Below are positions 10,401 through 22,400 of a stretch of 64,000 bases of DNA, piece by piece. The translations under genes and the position numbers were made by a program. The stretch covers positions 451,814 to 515,813 of the forward strand of contig NMRA01000124.1 in assembly GCA_002633005.1 (NCBI GenBank), written 5' to 3'. Within the stretch, counting starts at the first letter, position 1. Each line of letters starts with the position of its first letter. The DNA comes from Phoronis australis. Lineage: Eukaryota; Animalia; Phoronida. Below the pieces are notes generated by a model. That model worked only from the letters and a program-made list of their open reading frames with translations. It was not told where the DNA came from and searched no databases.

Positions 10401-13400
10401 TTTCTTGTTTTTATAGCATAGAATGTACATATTAGAATTAGCAGGCAGTTAAATCCCAGCGGTATGGCGAGTCCATAAATGTCAGTGATGCAGACCAATT
10501 TAACCGACTTTCCTTTGATCTTCAAAATGGAGTCTGCTGGCTGATATTTTAGTATTGCGAAGAGCAAAATGCACTCAACCCCAATTATAATAAATGTTAT
10601 TATCATTTGCGCCGAAGCACTCAGGAAGCGGGGTGTATGAGCCAATTTTTTCTTTTTACTTCTGGATAATATGCGCGAGATTCTGTTCGTCTTCGTTGCC
10701 AGTGAGCCGTAGATCATTGCAAATGCCAACACCGGTGAAATGCAGTTGAGGTGGCACATGAGTTTTGAAGGCTTTGCAATCATCGGAAACGTTGTCAGGT
10801 AGGCGATGGCAATGCCGAGCAGGATAATATAGCTGAGTTCTCTTGTGGAGCTTTTAACCACTGGTGTATCGTTGTTGGTAATAAAGATGTAGGCGGTAAA
10901 TGCCGTCAGTAGGAGGCCGATAACAGAGATGGAGACGGCTATAACAGCCTCAGGATCCGTCCAAGTCAGGTATTCAATTGTTATGGGTGCACAGGCTAAA
11001 ATGGTCAAATTCTACTATTAGAACAGGGAAACTGGGGAAATTTTCGTCAAAACTGTTTACCTTTTCGATCAACTGAAAACTTGGGTTTTACTGAAGTAAT
11101 TTGCGTGTTGTGTATTTGATCGCCATTGCGGTTTTAAAATGGCACCTGACTCGTTAAAAAGGCAATCAATTCCAGAAATCACGCAATTTCCATTTTTTGT
11201 GTTTGATGTTAAACAATCTGTCTACTGTATTTTCATACAATAGCACGCTAACACAGACGTTAATCCTGCAGCACTTCGTAGATCACAGAATATACATTCG
11301 CAACTCCGATATATCCTGATGAAATCTCCAGTGGAGGCGTAACTTACTTCATGAAGTAATCTCGGCTTCCGGTTAGAGTATTTGGATGAGAATTTCTGGT
11401 ATCTATTTTACTGCCTTACAGGATGAAACAAAACTTTTCAGCATTGGAAAAAAATTCAACGCAAAGGTCTCAGTTTCGTGAAATTCTTGGTGCGGTGAGT
11501 ATTTTTGGCAATAGTTCAGGAAGTGAAATTTCAAAAATTTAAACTCTATCAACAACAATCATGGTCAGCAGACGGACATGCCAAGGCAAAGGGGCCAATT
11601 CGACAGGCCACTAATGAATAAGGATGCGGCTAGTGAGCAAGACCAAAGATGTCGCGTATTGAGGTTGTACAGATAATTGTAGGGTTTCCGGCCCACGTAC
11701 CCCAGTCTATGAGGCATCCGAATGCTAGCATACTAGCCCATTATTCCGTGAATGTCCGGGTGATTAATACACCGAGTCCTTTAAACCAGGGCCCGCAATC
11801 AACAAGCTCTGGGGTTGATGGGCTTCATGCAAGGTTTTTGAAGCGTTTGGCGCGCTACACTGTTCCTATTCTCTGGTTTTGTACACCTTGTGAAGGAAAC
11901 AGCTGAGTACGTGGCTTTCCCAAGACCACAACCAGCCAAAACTAAAGAGCGCCACAACACGCAAGCCGGACTCTGAGTCCATTGAGAACCGAATCGGATT
12001 CATTTTAAATCTCAGCTCAAACAACCGCACTTATACTCACCAGATTGATTATCATTTGGCCACCAGCCTTTTTGGCATGACTGGCATGTCTCTTCGTCTA
12101 GAAGTATTTCATTTTTGCTGCAATTATGACAATCCCAACAACAGCGGATTCCACCGGGATTACTTTTATACTAAAATAGAAATAAAAGATAAAGCTATAT
12201 TAAGTCTTAGCCCGTTTTGACATGGCGGAAATTCGATTAAATTTCCTAGTCAGAGCCGAAGACCATATAGTGATGTTAAAAAATGCGTGATTTCAAATTT
12301 CAAGGGGCGTGATTTCTCAGTTTTTATGTAAAATCTTTTATTGTTGAATTCATGAACAATTCACATCAGTTTTGTAAATTAGTCTCGCAGAGGTAAGGAC
12401 CGACGGGGTGCATGCGTAATTTGGGAATCAACCGACACTCACCTTGTCCGTTACATCCGTTTAATGTAAAAAAACAATCAAATGAACGTCATTTTTACGT
12501 AATTATCCGCCTTTTGCAACAAAAATTTTTTTGTTGTTTTGTAAACAGTGCGCTCGTGATACGCGCGCGCGCACACGCCTTTTCCTAAAACTTCATCGAT
12601 ATCTCTCGCAAGATGATGACAGCTTCACAGCAGCAAATTTTTTTCTGAAATTGGGTTTTGCTGGTATTAACGAAATGAAACCAGTTCCCATAATTTGTTG
12701 TGGCATGTACGTAACCTCGTAGAAGAGAACAGTTGATTGAAAAATCGTCGAAATAGGCCAATAGGATACGCGACATTTCATGACGCCGAAAACCGACGCG
12801 AAAGAGCGCACACCGATCTTAGCAGCAGGAAAACAGTAGAACGCCTATTTTCTCAACACTGATAAATAATTTAGTGTAGCCTACTCAATAAGAGTGTAGT
12901 TTTTAATGACACTAATTTTGGCGCCGACAGGCCCGAATTAAGAGAATATAAGCGATGGAAGCCGGGGGGAGTGAAATTAAGCCTACGGACTAACGTCACC
13001 CAGGCCATATTGAGCCGACGGACCGAGGTCATCAAGGCCAGTACGAAACTGCCCAACCTAACTCTGCGTCCGCAAAAACCGGACTGCGAAAAAAGAACAC
13101 TTCGAATCTAAATAGATGCCAGTGCACTACCTGGGACAAAGATGGTACCGAAATGGGCGCAAGGAAGGTCTGCAGTGGAACGAGGGAGAGGTACAGTTGT
13201 AGTTCGTGTGAACTTTGTATTTTATATAATACATACTTACATTGTTCTGGGCAATTGATGCACTGTGATTGCGCATCGTATGAAAAGGAATTCATAAATT
13301 AATTGGCACTCTGCAAAGTATTGAATATACCATTTCAATGTTTCGCGGTCAAATTGCGCAGACTTTAGTGAGTTCATTTAACTAAACACATTTGGTCTAT

Positions 13401-16400
13401 TTTTGAGTTTCCAGAGTTCATTGGCCTTGCCTCTCCACCTGGAATCGTTTTTAGAGACCATAAAAAGCGTTTTCCACAAACGGACAGTCACGGACAAAAT
13501 ATTCCAAAAGCTGATCAGGACAGATTTCCTACTTTGGGCAGCAACCAATCACTTAAAAAGTCAAAGATACATGTAAGAAAATGTAGACTGTGGTGTAACT
13601 CGATTAAGTATGAACTATTGAGCCGTCCATAAAGTGAGTGACATTTCCTAATCAAACGCTAATAACCTGCGAGAGCACAAAATTCAACCATGCGGGTAGC
13701 CAATTTATTCAATCAGTTCTGAAGCAATAAGAAAGTGAGGAAGCGACAATTCGTGGATTTTGTTGACAGAACAAAGATATGATGCGATGGTGAATAAAAC
13801 CTTGGCTGTCTACCACGAATAGATGATTGATAGCATTTATTTTTCACATTCACAAACTTGTGAGCTTTAAATATACAATACATGCGAAATGTTCCAAACA
13901 AGGTGGTCGCCACCGACTACTTGATGCATTTCAGAATCCTTAAAATGTGACCCCAGTCATTTGACATGAAATAATGTGAAGCGGTCACGTGTTTCTTTTT
14001 TTAAATGAGCACAACACAAGAAATCGCTTTCTCGTTACACCTAAGTTCCCATTAATTCTCTTGCATACATTCACTAGTGACACCAAGCTCAGAGATGTAG
14101 GAGACAACTTCGTGCACTGCTCGATTATCAGCAAGCAAAGCCAGGATTCGAAACCGGATCTCCAAAACGAGATCTCGGGACTCAAGTCACTGAGTCACAA
14201 TGTCTCCTCAACATGGCAAGTGTTTACAAAAACTTTCTTCTTGCGTATACATGTCATCCAAACTGGCTACAAATTGTAATACAGATGAAGAAAAAAGGGC
14301 CTTGATCGACTATAATTCCGTTGCAGCATAGGATTTCAATTTCGCTGATTATTCGTTCGAGTTCGAGTTCCGTTACTTTTCTTGAAACAACGAAGTAGGT
14401 GATATTGACCGTAAAGTCTATTGGTTCTCATCTTGGTACTTTTTCGATGTTCTTCAGGTATTTATTATCATTTATAAACAAGTACAAAACAAACAAAGAA
14501 GTGCATCCATTCATTCTCGTATGCACACCTTAGGATAGACTATTCTTTCTCGTATCTCGTATAAAGTAAACCGTTACTGCTAAATGGAGTTAATGTAAAC
14601 AATAAAATTTTCCCATTTCGCAGAGAACACAAAGTTTTTATATGCAATTAATTTTTCAGTACTTTTGTTAAATGACCTTCATAGCATAGACAGAAACGTA
14701 GCATGCGCAATGATTTGTGGGAAATCACATTCCGCAAAGCATGGTTGTGTAAAGCAAAAATCCAGCGAAAGGAGCTAGTACGATCACGTGCTTCGCTTGT
14801 AGTACATGGCGATATCACGCGAAGTTTTGCGTGAGCTAACGTTCTCGTCATGTTCTATTTTAGGTATGCATGAATGAAGCCGTAAACGGCCGAGCGACCT
14901 TGAGGCAACGAGAACTGATAACATTGTAAGATAGTGTACGGGAAATATAACAAGAGCGACGCTAGTGCGTTGACATTCGCCCGCGCTGCATAACAAACTA
15001 AGAGGCGTCTCAGTAGTCGCATCAGCCCGAAGATCAAATGAAGCTGAAGCGTTGTCACCGTATACTGCTGAGTCAAGTTTCATTGAAATCCGTCACTCAA
15101 TTCTCTAGATATAATCCGGAGCTGTCTTCCCATAAAGATGCTTGAAAATCCCACTGTCGAGAACGAAATGGTTCCAGCACATGAACATCATATGTAACAA
15201 CGCAAATTTCATTAAAATCCATCAAACGGTTCTTTAGATGCAACACAGAAACACGTTTCCCCTAACTAACACTTGAAAAGCCAGGATTTTAGTTAGGATC
15301 GGCCAGGGCAGAGTATTTTTAGCTAGGATTTTGCCCGTCAGACATTCGCACTGCGAAGAAAGTTTTAGGGGGGCCATGGCCCTCTTGGCCCCCTCTAAAT
15401 CCGCAAATGAAACATCCTTGTCACAATGTTGCAGTGGACAAAGCCACCCCGAAAACGAAGTGTCTTCTTAATCAAATAGGGGAAAGTTACTGGTTTCGTA
15501 TCACATAAGGATGCGCCTCTCAAAAATTAAAAAGGAAACAGTGCCAACAGTCAAAATCTTTATTGGCAACATAGAAACACATGAGAACAAACAACGTTTC
15601 CATATGACTCGAATGCGAACTGCCGTCTTCTTAAATATGTGCTAACATACCACCACAAACATAACAAACCAGCACAAAGATAACAAAATGGACCAGTCAA
15701 TTATACTTATTTTACAAACTTAAACTGCCTGGTTGATGTAGGTTAATCAGTGTCTTTGTCGGAATCACAATTATGACAAACACAAAACAGACCCCACTGG
15801 TCCTCACTGCATTCCGTGTGGGCCCATCGTTTTCAACGAACACATTCGACCCACTCCTGGCCAGATTTGCTTCTTTTGTCCAAACTTACAAGACGAAACG
15901 TGTCGTCAACTTCGCTATCTGACGAACTGACATCTTGGTGGCGTTTTCTTCTCCTGGCTTTGTGCTTTTTCTGAACTTTCTTCACCTTTTTCCTAAGCTT
16001 CTTTCGTCGTGCAGCAGATCTTCTTTCCAATTCGTTTTCATACGAGTTGCTGATTAGTATTCGTGACTGAGTCGCCTAATGACGCGAACGGCGCATTGTA
16101 TTCAATGCATTTGGTAGTGGAGAAAGGTCGGGCACTCGTTTATTTGTCGAAGAGCAACTGCGTTCTTCAAAGCTCCGTAGTAGCCAACATCACCTTTTCT
16201 CGTAAACTGAGGTCTGGATGTCGTCTCATCAAGTAGTACCAGGTTTTATTGACAGACTGTTTGGTTTCGCTGAATTTAAGATGTCATGGAATTTTGCCAA
16301 TTGATATGGAAGATTTATAAGATCTTTTGGTGTGATACCAAAGAATAGATTGTCAAGACTTGTTCTATGTTTCACCCAAATCATCTTTTACTTCCATAGG

Positions 16401-19400
16401 CAAAACTGTAGGACCTCTACGTAGCTTTGTATCATGTTTTGCGTACTTTTTCAGACTCACGCGGTGACGGCAATAGTTGACTTTTGGGATGTCAAATAGC
16501 TCAGAAACAGCATTAAATCCCAATCTTTTATCCATATCTTTGAGACAGTTCTGCTTATCTTCCGATGTCCACGACAGCGACGGCATTTTCCTGAAAGCAA
16601 AAAAGAAATGATTACTAATAAAAAAGCAAGGAAAACAACACATTAGTATGTACGTTACCTATTTGTATCACGTTTTGGGTCTCGTACCTCTTGGTTACGT
16701 GTACCGTAGCCAGGGTACCATATCCGTGACCTGTTGTGGTACGATACCCCGTGACACTGACCTAGTTTGAAACACGAGGGCTGAAAATATTTGGCAAGGG
16801 ATTTGGCAACCAGAAATTACACCATACAAAGAGATAAGCTACAAGATTACACATCGGTTTACTTATTTGCTGTACTTGTTGTCGTCTGATTGCATTATTT
16901 ACATCAACATGTCAAAAAAGTGAAAAATGCTCACCGTTTTTTTTCTGGGTCGTCTGCTCGACATTTCGCTTTATTTTCTGTTATCACCATCCGAGGTCGC
17001 TAAAAGTAATCACTCTTTTGGGTGGCAAGCAAATGTAGTTTGGCGTGAAATAACGTAGTGCGACAATGATAACTGCTATGGAACAGGTGACTTTCCACTA
17101 ATCAGTGACGTAGATACAAAAATAATAATAACAACTAAAAACTACATCATATCAATATGCATTACACTTCTAAAGAAACAAAAACTGTATATTAAGGGTG
17201 TTTTAAACACCTTTAACATATATTTAAAAATGCTAAACCTACCGCTTTTGATTTCAGCGAATATCAAAAAAACGACGAGAACTGACAATTTGCAGTAAAC
17301 TAACAGAACACGACGGTTACCCTTGCTCTGGTCAAAGCTAACAATTGCATTTTTCGGCCTCAAATCCGGTAATATCCCCTTAAAGTATTATTCCGCGCCT
17401 TTATGCTGTCGGTTCTAAAGAGTCTAAATTGACAACACCTGATCATGTAAACACCACTTTCTGTACCAGCTTCTGTATGAACTACCGTAGCTGTGAATAC
17501 CGCCCTGCCCTCAAAACAAATATTGGAAAGAATCATGGGCTTCCGACCTACTAGACGTAGAAGACTAGTAAGCCTGCCGACGGACGTGGACTTCGGGACT
17601 AGTAGGACTGCCTGCGTGGACTTCGGGACTATTGTAAGCCTGGCCTACTGGGACTTTGGGACTAGTGTGCCAGCCTACGTGGACTTCGGACAATGGCATT
17701 GAATTAAAAACGCGCTAGTCTAGACAACTTGCCAGTAAAACTGTCGATGGAACAAATTCGTAGACTTTCTGAGACGGAGCGACTTTAGTGGTACGTAAAT
17801 GATGTCACAAGTAAATCAGTACGTTACATCTGCAACCAATTTACCTTAATTATTGTTCCTTGTTTACACGGTTGGCTGCAAACTGACTGAATCTCACTTT
17901 GTCCTTTGGGCCAGTAAATCTCGATATCGCCATCCATTTTGAGTTCGTTACGTTCCCAACGGCCAACACGTTCGTACTCATAGAAAACTGTGTTATTTCG
18001 TCCGATTTTCCTCTGGTAGTTCATTATATCGTACCTGAAATGGTTTTACTTTTAATGTATAGTTCGTGTCATGGACGGCAAAGCACTGAAATAAGTGGGG
18101 GTTATAGCCTCCACAGCCCCTGCCCCATGCTGCGCCGCCAATGGTTCGCGTCCAGGGCTCAAAAATCAATTGAAGCTATAATATTCTAAACTCTATTGAA
18201 ACTGTTAGCAGATCTAACTAATTTCAAGACAGCAAAGTATATTTGAACCCCATGCATGTTCAACAAAAATTGCGGGGCAACATATCTAGATCGTTAGTCC
18301 TTCATTGGAAAATGGCAAACGGTGGAGAAGCCGTCAAACTGTGTTGTCGCCGTCATCGATATTATTTAAAGCCCTTATGCACTTATTGCAAAAAATAATT
18401 TTAGTTTATTAACCACTTGCTTCTCACCCGGTTCGTTACTTATTTCCCTCAGACTCAACACCTTTGGCATTTTTGGGAAAACAGTACCCAATCAACATTC
18501 TGAAAATGAATGTTTGCACAAGCAAGCCTGGTGGGGAATGATTCCGGGCCGTTAACGTCACTTTTGGAGGCCGCCGGGAGATAAGCTATAGGTAACATGA
18601 ATATTTATTAACGATAACTAAAAAATCATATTTAACAAAAACGTTGTCTTCCCCTTTAAGAATGTAAGGAACTGAGAATGTTATACATAAGGTTAAGACA
18701 ATGAGAATGTTATACATAAGGTTAAGACAATGTAATGAACACACATACCTGCCGGGTGGGTCACCATTTTTATTGAACCCCAGGCTGTCGTTGCTATAGG
18801 TCATGAAAGAGACGTTGAAAAGGTACTGCAGAAATATCGACCCATTCACTGGGTTCATTGCGTCGCAGATTCCCACGTGACCTTTGCAGAGGTCCTGCTG
18901 CATATTGTGTAGTGCGTACGCCATCGCGTAGATGGCGTTTATTACGAGTCCAAGCTTGCCATCTTGCTTATATCCGTCGCGGTCTAAAGTGTTTTCTGCA
19001 AATGAACATTTCTGAAAGTGAGCTTCGGCCAAAGTGAACTTTTTTCTAGACTTCGAGATTTTCAGATTTTAGCGATTGCATCGCTGCCTTTAACCAAATT
19101 GCAATTATGTGATGTTGTTGGGAGTATGTGATGTTGTTGGGGTTATGTGATGTTGTTGGGATTATGTGATGTTGTTGGGAGTATGTGATGTTGTTGGTAT
19201 TATGTGATGTTGTTTGGGTTATATGATGTTGTTGGGATTATGTGATGTTGTTGGGATTATGTGATGTTGTTGAGATTATGTAATGTTGTTGGGAGTATGT
19301 GATGTTGTAGAGAGTATATGATGTTGTTGGGAGTATGTCATGTTGTTGAGATTATGTGATGTTGTTGGGAGTATGTGATGTTGTTAGGAGTATGTGATGT

Positions 19401-22400
19401 TGTTGAGAGTATGTGATGCTGTTGGGAGTATGTGATGTTGTTGGGAGTATGTTATGTTGTTCGGATTATGTGACGTTGTTTGGAGTATGTGATGTTGTTG
19501 GAAGTATGTGATGTTGTTGGGAGTATGTGATGCTGTTGGGAGTGTGTGATGTTGTTGGGAGTATGTAATGTTGTTGGGACTATGTGATGTTGTTGGGATT
19601 ATGAAGCAATTTTACTGATATAAACAACCTAAAATAAGAAGTTTCACCAAAAAGGAATTCAAAATTGTCGACTTATAACGACTTTACTTGTAATGTTTAT
19701 CCTTGTGTTCATGTCTATCGCTGATGGTTGATATGACGTCATTCTGACGCAATATGACATCGCGCGTCATTAATTTGACTGTAACAATAAAAGCTCAACG
19801 CGAAAATCAAGGTTTTTGGTTGAAATAAAAATATACTTAAATGTTTTCAATTGTAAGTTACTCAATTTCGTAAAATAAAGACTGCTTAGTGTTTTGGCAA
19901 ACTACGCTGAACCTTCTTAAATATAGTCTTCCCGCTTCATCTTAGGTAAGGGATTCATGAAACGATTTATAAGCAAGCTAGTTTTATCAAAACTCAAGCC
20001 CAAATAATGCTCATTTCTCCAAATATTTTCAAACTTAACTCAGTGTAAATGATATTTCACCTTGAAGATCTGTAAAAATAAAATCAATACTATTCTCGAT
20101 GTTGTTTTCTTGCCATAAACGTTAATAGAAAACCTGGTCACGTGACATACGCAGTGGTAGATTAGTTTAGTATCTCAATAAAATATTACACAATTTCTGC
20201 TTTTACCGAGATCAATTCTACAATTTAGATAAATTGAGTCTGTACTCAACTTTAAATGAGAGCTTCTACAAACCTGAACATTTTGTCTTGTTAGCTATAT
20301 ATTTATCCGAATCTTCTAAGCTACAATTGAACGTTTCCTGCCAAAACTGTTTGAACCATGGATTGTTCGTGTTCTTTTCAGGAGTCAACGAGAAATAGTG
20401 TTCATCAAACCAGGTTATACGTGGCGAGTAGAGACGAATAGAAATCCCTCCCGCGGCTGCTTCATCCAGGCCCTTCACCACGTCCGGTCTATCATTCCAC
20501 CCGTCACTACAAAATATGAATGATTTGTAGTGAAATGAGAAATGAAGATTTTATAAAAACATAGAAGCTTTACGGCATAATCATCAGGAACAAGGATGTG
20601 GTATAGGTCAACGCCGGCCCATTAAACCCCCAAAGTGTAGTTTAAAAATACGACTTTGCTGGGAAGTTGTACAATGTCTTACGGACTGAGGGAAAGCAAT
20701 GTTGCAACATTACTCTCCCCAGGTCCACGTGACCAAGGCCCATAGTTCAGCTAATCGTTTTACTCGAAAAAACATTTTTCACATTTTCCACAGTACTTTG
20801 ATACAAACTCAATACAAGCGTCTATTATTCCGCGCTCGAATACATAGCAGTTTACGCTGGTGAGAGCCTAGTTCAAATGTGCACTTAGTGACCTCAGGAT
20901 TCGCACTACAAACCCAAATAGAAACTCGAGATTTCAAGTAAAACTCGAGAATCCAAATTGAGTAAGAGCTTGTAGCTTTAATTTTGCGGTGAACAACTGC
21001 GCAAAGCGATTGCACAATCACTCATTTAGTATAACATACTCATGCTAAGAATTATAGACAATTATTTGAGTTCGTATTCAAATTGAAAAGAAAATGCAAA
21101 AAAAGGAGTTCTAGTAAAAAGACTAGAGACCGGGCCTTACACTGTATTTGACTGAGGGATAAGTTTATATCTGTACTAAAACAACCCTCTCTGCAACTTT
21201 CCACTGACTTTGTGTGCCATTGGCATGTTTGAACCTTCTATGATAGATCGATATCGTCTGCTCGTTTTTGGTCAGGGGTTTATAGTATCCGCCAAAATGT
21301 AAGCTTCTGAAGCCCGACCGGCATTCCACAGCTAACCGGCTGACATAACCTCACAACGGAAGTTATTGTTACGTGTTCCAGCCAACAGGGGAGCAGAAGT
21401 GTCAGTGGTCGTAATATGATTCACAATAGTGTCAGCGCGTGAACAAATTTGCCTGTCCGTGACATTTCTAATTTGATTGTGAGGATCGAATTTTGGGGCT
21501 GCCTCAGTCTTTTCCGAGAGCCATAAATGGGCCTGTGTAGCGACGACGTATTTGTACTCAGAGGCCAGTAGCTCACAACACAAGTTTAATGAGCATTGAT
21601 ATTTCTAAAAAGTAAGTTGGGAATAGTTTGAGAATAAACGCTTAAAGCGTGACGAAGGGGTAGAACTATGGTATGCATCTGAATGTGATTGCTCGGCGGG
21701 CGTTCAACCCAGCCAAAACTAGTCGATTACGGACAGGGTACACTGTAAGTTTGGGCGTATCTAGCGAGAATTGTAGAAGTACTGCTTCGACGGCGAATGT
21801 CGGTACTAATGTCCGACTTTGATGACAGAAATTATTTGTTTACCTTCCTACAAACAGGAAGCGACCCGACATGTTCAATCTGTTGGTAGACTGTAATAAC
21901 ATGCGCACTGTGTCCCCCTGGCAGAAACAAAGAACAACGTTTGTCGAATTGGTTGCGTTCAGATTTCGAATGACTGCGTCAACCTCATCGTCGGTTGCCT
22001 TGGGCGACACTTCTTCGTTTTTTTCTATGCAAGCTTGGCCGTCGTTTTTGATGATTTTCGTCAGTTCTTGAATACCATTTTCGCCATATGTGCCTGCAAG
22101 AAAGTAAAAAGTTGCCTTAGAGAACGAAAGCGCGCAATCAAATGGTTATCTTTTAATACATTACATTTTGGTAACTTCTTCATTACAACAATTTGGAAGA
22201 TATTTAACATTTTCAAACAAATCTCAAATTCTGCTATTCCAACCACATCAAAGCAAAAGCACTTAAATACTGGATGCATAATATCGTGACTACCCGGTGA
22301 ACATCAAGTACAGAGCACTTACACCCTGTCTACACACTCACAGTGTGGTATGGACTTGGTATACGGCGGAGGCCTACTTTACGGCAATCAGTCTGAGTCG

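Noticed and set aside
10176-10421. Antisense ORF conserved in both paralogues (also 58296-58541)
   Set aside because: Shadow of the conserved 7TM coding strand.
11280-12040. Well-conserved intron 6 with short ORFs (11649-11906, 59980-60243)
   Set aside because: Stops and substitutions are not codon-preserving in the frames checked; similarity is comparable to other duplicated introns.
13032-13295. CINCPEQCKYVLY resembling a DEG/ENaC Cys motif (possible nested gene)
   Set aside because: The paralogous intron (~60960-61060) does not keep the Cys pattern or frame, and no other ENaC exons were seen.
17563-19603. Repeat arrays as CRISPR
   Set aside because: Contiguous tandem units without unique spacers, in eukaryotic introns, and no cas genes.
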